Shown piece after piece: positions 31,613-35,287 of a stretch of 35,287 nucleotides of DNA. A program made the translations under genes and the position numbers. Position 1 is the first letter of the stretch, and each line of letters opens with the position of its first letter. Source of the stretch: a virus (Duplodnaviria; Caudoviricetes); the IMG/VR virus record IMGVR_UViG_3300042338_000599, positions 1 to 35,287 of that record; one strand, written 5' to 3'. A model generated the notes under the pieces. That model saw only the letters and a list, made by a program, of their open reading frames with translations, searched no databases and was not told where the DNA came from.

Positions 31613-32571
31613 TGGATGAACCATTTGGAGGTTTTAAAAAACCTGTAAAAGTTGCAAACAAATTTGGTTGGTTTCCGATTGAATTCCAACCTCAAGAACT
31701 TCAAGATAAATTTAATGCAACATTAGTTCCATTTATGATTTCAGGGGAAGATGTTGAAGCAAAAGAAGCTTTGTTATATAAGGTAGTTAATAAAGCTTGT
31801 GGCTATGATTTTTTCCCTTGGAATCAAAAAACTGGTTCTTGTGTTGCTCAAGGTGCTTTGGCAATGTTAGCCACATTGCAAGCTGTTGAAATCGTAACAC
31901 TAGGACAATCTTACGAAGAATTTAGAATTCCATTCATTTTATATAACTATGGTCAATCTAGATCCCGTGGTGGTCTTCGTGGTAGTGGGGAAGGTTCTTT
32001 TGGTTCATCAATGGCAGAATCATTAAATGAAGATGGTTGCCCTCCCCTAGATCCTAGTTACCCTCAACCAATTAAAGAATCTGATGGTTCTTTCACATTT
32101 GGTGCTGCTGCTGAAATGGCTTGGTCAAATGGAGATAAACCACCAATCAATTTAAAAGATAAAGCTAAACATTTTAAAATAGAATCAACAAGTAAACTTG
32201 TAAATGCTTTACAAGTCAAGCAAGCTTTGACGCATGGATATCCAATAACCATTGCTTCTAGTTGGTGGGGATTTAGTGATTTAAAAGTTAAACCATCTGG
32301 AACACCATCAATTCAATTAGCTTCAAGAAATCAATCTTGGGGGCATCAACAATCATGTTTGGGATTTACTACACATCCTGAATTTGGTCTAATATTCCTA
32401 ATCCAGAATTCTTGGGGTAATTCTCATGGAACATCACCCGGTAATTTTGGAGAACCAAAGGGATCATATTGGATAAATGAATCTGATATGGATCGAATTT
32501 GCAAAGAAGAAGTGTTTTCTTTTTCAAATTTTGACGGGTATCCAGCAAGAATTATTGACTGGAATTTGTAA
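31612..32571 (+). CDS. papain-like (C1) cysteine peptidase
   Basis: NQKTGSCVAQG (Q, C), WGHQQSCLG (H), LIQNSWG (N) and GSYWI motifs. Confidence 0.9.
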   Translation: MDEPFGGFKKPVKVANKFGWFPIEFQPQELQDKFNATLVPFMISGEDVEAKEALLYKVVNKACGYDFFPWNQKTGSCVAQGALAMLATLQAVEIVTLGQSYEEFRIPFILYNYGQSRSRGGLRGSGEGSFGSSMAESLNEDGCPPLDPSYPQPIKESDGSFTFGAAAEMAWSNGDKPPINLKDKAKHFKIESTSKLVNALQVKQALTHGYPITIASSWWGFSDLKVKPSGTPSIQLASRNQSWGHQQSCLGFTTHPEFGLIFLIQNSWGNSHGTSPGNFGEPKGSYWINESDMDRICKEEVFSFSNFDGYPARIIDWNL

Positions 32572-32592
32572 CTTTTTTGAAAGGATTCAGCA

Positions 32593-32784
32593 ATGTTTTC
32601 ATTAATTTTGGCGGTTGGTTTTGCAATTGATTTACCTGTTCGTGGTGGTAGCTGTTCTGGTGGTCAATGCTCTGCTGTAACAGTTGAGAAGAAAATTGAA
32701 AAGAAGGTTGAAATAAAAGTTCAATCTAATAATCGTAGTAGGTTCGGGAAAATTAAATCCCGTTTTGTTCGTTCGTGTTCCTAA
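32593..32784 (+). CDS. small exported basic peptide with CxxGxC motif
   Basis: Hydrophobic leader MFSLILAVGFA, SCSGGQCS and an Arg/Lys-rich tail; AAGGA RBS. Confidence 0.65.
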   Translation: MFSLILAVGFAIDLPVRGGSCSGGQCSAVTVEKKIEKKVEIKVQSNNRSRFGKIKSRFVRSCS

Positions 32785-32799
32785 TGAAAGGGTGTTTTT

Positions 32800-33057
32800 A
32801 TGAATCCTCAAATGATGGGTGGTCAACCGGGAATTCCTGTTGCACATCCTTCCCTAGATATTTTCGCAAGATTTATCAAAGGGGAAGCAACTAGGGAAGA
32901 AGCTGTAAATGCTTTTGCTGATTATGTAATGACTGGTATCAGGGGAATTCCTGTTCCAGAAATTGATTTAGCAAAATCTGTTTTATCTACTGAATCTGGT
33001 AATTTCATGCAATATCCCCAAGTGATTCAATGTATGGCTTTGCTGATTAAGGGTTAA
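32800..33057 (+). CDS. hypothetical protein
   Basis: 85-aa ORF with AAGGGTG RBS. Confidence 0.65.
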   Translation: MNPQMMGGQPGIPVAHPSLDIFARFIKGEATREEAVNAFADYVMTGIRGIPVPEIDLAKSVLSTESGNFMQYPQVIQCMALLIKG

Positions 33058-33080
33058 TAAATGGGGTTATTTTAAGTTAT

Positions 33081-33117
33081 AATAGAACACTAGATTGTTA
33101 GTGTTCTATTTTTATTT
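33081..33117 (+). terminator. 12-bp hairpin, terminator or 5' stem-loop
   Basis: AATAGAACACTA / TAGTGTTCTATT followed by TTTATTT; overlaps a TATAAT at 33078-33083. Confidence 0.7.
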
Positions 33118-33129
33118 AAGGCAAAAATC

Positions 33130-34530
33130 ATGCGAATACAACCTGTACAGGGAAGCGGAAGTAATGTTGGCTTTGATGCTGCTACAGGTTCTATTACAAT
33201 TTCAAATGAAGGTTTAACACCATTTGTTTACCTAAGGGTAAATAACAAAATACCTTTTCGTGGTGTAACTGTAACTAATGGCGGTGCTGGTTATGAAGAA
33301 ATTCCTGATGTAACTATTTCCGGTGGCGGTGGTACAGGTGCAACTGCAAAAGCATACATCAACAATGGTGTTGTTACATCAATAGCATTAGTTAATGAAG
33401 GTTCTGGATATACAGAAGATGCAGATGTTTACATAGATCCTCCAACCGGAGAAGATGGAGTCCAAGCTGAAGCAACAGCAGTTCTTGAAGGTGCATCAGG
33501 ATATTATTTATTTTATGATTTCTATGAAGTATCTTGGAACGGTACAGATTTTGAGGAAGTTATTGGTGGTTTGTTCGCTGATTTTGATACTAGAGAAACT
33601 TGTCCTAAACTTTATGCAATGCCTTACGATATCGATGAACCAACTAATCAAGGTAATTTTGCTGGCAATGTAGGTGTATCAGGTCAAGGTTTAGTTTATG
33701 TTTCTAGATATCGTGGTACAGATTCAACTGATGGTAGAGATGTTTACGAATTCCTTAGAAGTTTAGATCCTTCTTCAAAATGCTTTGTAACTATAGAGGA
33801 AACAGGAATTCAGAACGGATATTATCCCGCTGCTGGATTTGATACACTTTCTCAATCTTCCGCAAACATGGGTTTGTTTTGGGCTAAAGATATTAACGGT
33901 GGTGAATTAGTTTCTGGAAGAAATTATGTTGGTTACTATGTTGGAACATCTTTTAACCCATATCCAAGTGATCCAATAAATTCTGATCCAAGGCCGATAG
34001 TAACTTTATTAAATTCGCTTGTTGCCGGGCCAACAGGTATTACTGTTGTTACGGATACAACTTGTGTAAATGGAGTTCTTGCAAATACTTATGCAACTAT
34101 TTATCCATCTGAAACATTACAGATTGCTGAAGACACAAAGAAAAGTTTTATAAGTTTAAATGATACTCCTTCTTCTTATGCTGGTGTTGCAAACTATTAT
34201 GTTGCTGTTAATCCAACTGCAACAGGTTTAAGTTTTACATCTACTTTACCTTCTTCAACTGTTATTCCTTCAATGTCTTTTATTAATTTAAAAGATTGCC
34301 CTAGTTCTTATTCTGGAACAGCAAGCAAAATAGTTACTTCAACAGGAAACGGTTTAACATTTACAACCGCTGCATTTACTACACCAACAGATTCTTCAAT
34401 CATACCTAAACAGGGTGTATTAAATTCAACGATACAATTTAAACTTGTTAATGACGAATTAACTCCCGGTGCAAATAAATATTACGGAACTAATTCAGCG
34501 GGTGTTAAAGGTTGGTATGATCTACCATAG
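33130..34530 (+). CDS. tail fibre / baseplate structural protein
   Basis: NGGAGY...PDVTISGGGGTGATA...GVVTSI...GSGY domain; two SFIxLxDxPSSYxG repeats; C-terminal KYYGTNSAGVKGW. Confidence 0.75.
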   Translation: MRIQPVQGSGSNVGFDAATGSITISNEGLTPFVYLRVNNKIPFRGVTVTNGGAGYEEIPDVTISGGGGTGATAKAYINNGVVTSIALVNEGSGYTEDADVYIDPPTGEDGVQAEATAVLEGASGYYLFYDFYEVSWNGTDFEEVIGGLFADFDTRETCPKLYAMPYDIDEPTNQGNFAGNVGVSGQGLVYVSRYRGTDSTDGRDVYEFLRSLDPSSKCFVTIEETGIQNGYYPAAGFDTLSQSSANMGLFWAKDINGGELVSGRNYVGYYVGTSFNPYPSDPINSDPRPIVTLLNSLVAGPTGITVVTDTTCVNGVLANTYATIYPSETLQIAEDTKKSFISLNDTPSSYAGVANYYVAVNPTATGLSFTSTLPSSTVIPSMSFINLKDCPSSYSGTASKIVTSTGNGLTFTTAAFTTPTDSSIIPKQGVLNSTIQFKLVNDELTPGANKYYGTNSAGVKGWYDLP

Positions 34531-34538
34531 GGGAAATA

Positions 34539-35287
34539 ATGGCATATAGACCTACAAACAATATTAAAGAAAATGTAATTCATCGAAATACAATCTTTGA
34601 TGGTCAAGGAATGGTATCTTGTTGCACTTGTGGATATTGCATTAAAAGAAATGAAGAAGCAACTTTAGAACTAACTAATTTTAAAGCAGCACCCTCAATT
34701 GTTAATGAGAATTCTATTGGATCAACAATAATAGAATTTTCTGATTATATGATTCCAGTAGCAAACAGCAGTTTTAATGGATATGTTTTAACACCAAATC
34801 CAATACCACAAAGTGAAAACCCAACAGGTTTAGCAGATGGATTAACTTATTATCCATTTTTAAACTGCGATGGAGAAACAACACAAAGAGCATATTTATA
34901 TTATGATGTTTATTATGGGCAATTATACCCTCAAAGTTATTGGAAAATGCCATCTTATCCAAATGAAAAAACCGCCCATCCTTATGGTGTTTCTGTTGAA
35001 ATTGGAACAGATGGATTATTTTTTAATAATCAAAATCTTTTTTATTTTACTTATTTTTATGAAAATGGATTTTCAAAAAATTCTTATTTAAATAAATTTA
35101 ATTATTCAAATGGGAATAATTCTGGTTCATACGATCTTTTTTTAAATTACATAACTAATCATGATTTTAGTGTTGATGGAATTAACGCTGATACAGAATG
35201 TACAAATAATGTATTAAAAATAATAGATCCTGTTTTTTATCTTGATGTTAGTGGATATTCTTTTTCTTATTTGCATCCTGATTATAA
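34539..35287 (+). CDS. putative tail-associated protein, 3'-truncated (not in ORF track)
   Basis: ATG at 34539 after AGGGG RBS; MAYRPTNNIKENVIHRNTIFDGQGMVSCCTCGYCIK... stays open to the window end; Asn/Tyr/Phe-rich. Confidence 0.8.
   Translation, partial: MAYRPTNNIKENVIHRNTIFDGQGMVSCCTCGYCIKRNEEATLELTNFKAAPSIVNENSIGSTIIEFSDYMIPVANSSFNGYVLTPNPIPQSENPTGLADGLTYYPFLNCDGETTQRAYLYYDVYYGQLYPQSYWKMPSYPNEKTAHPYGVSVEIGTDGLFFNNQNLFYFTYFYENGFSKNSYLNKFNYSNGNNSGSYDLFLNYITNHDFSVDGINADTECTNNVLKIIDPVFYLDVSGYSFSYLHPDY

Noticed and set aside
34774-35091. Listed ORFs 34774-34962 (-) and 34870-35091 (+)
   Set aside because: Both lie inside a longer RBS-preceded ORF starting at 34539 that is open to the window end.
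1-35287. Alternative genetic code (stop-codon reassignment)
   Set aside because: Genes are full length and tightly packed under the standard code, and TAA, TAG and TGA all end genes.

Overview
AT-rich fragment of a tailed dsDNA phage, most likely a siphovirus (long tape measure, gpG/gpGT-type chaperone frameshift, no sheath gene seen). Several motifs suggest a Planctomycetota host, which is an inference. Layout: (1) 1-3640, minus strand: a DpdA-like TGT-fold ORF that runs off the window edge and is absent from the ORF track, then queE, two DUF669-like SSBs and a Sak4/AAA_24 ATPase. (2) 3810-6585, plus strand: Arc-like repressor, RecE-like exonuclease, RusA and a DUF6378-like gene. (3) 6633-12176, minus strand: early small genes driven by repeated TAGACA-17-TANNNT promoters with 5' hairpins, including a WxGMPEF protein, a SAM methyltransferase, a TAGT/GREB1-like glycosyltransferase and a DenV-like glycosylase. 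(4) A 700-bp non-coding region with repeats. (5) 12877-end, plus strand: portal, protease-scaffold, decoration protein, major capsid, head-tail proteins, two tail-tube paralogs, tape measure, tail fibres, a lysis-like module with a papain-family protease and a start-less HNH gene, and further fibre genes. No terminase, polymerase or integrase is visible. The most striking observation is an array of four unrelated 53-74 aa cassettes inside the prohead protease-scaffold gene, each bounded by a [VIM]-[KR]-E motif and by DNA direct repeats. It may be a self-processing polyprotein that loads swappable peptides into the capsid. All family calls come from motif recognition by eye; no database searches were run.
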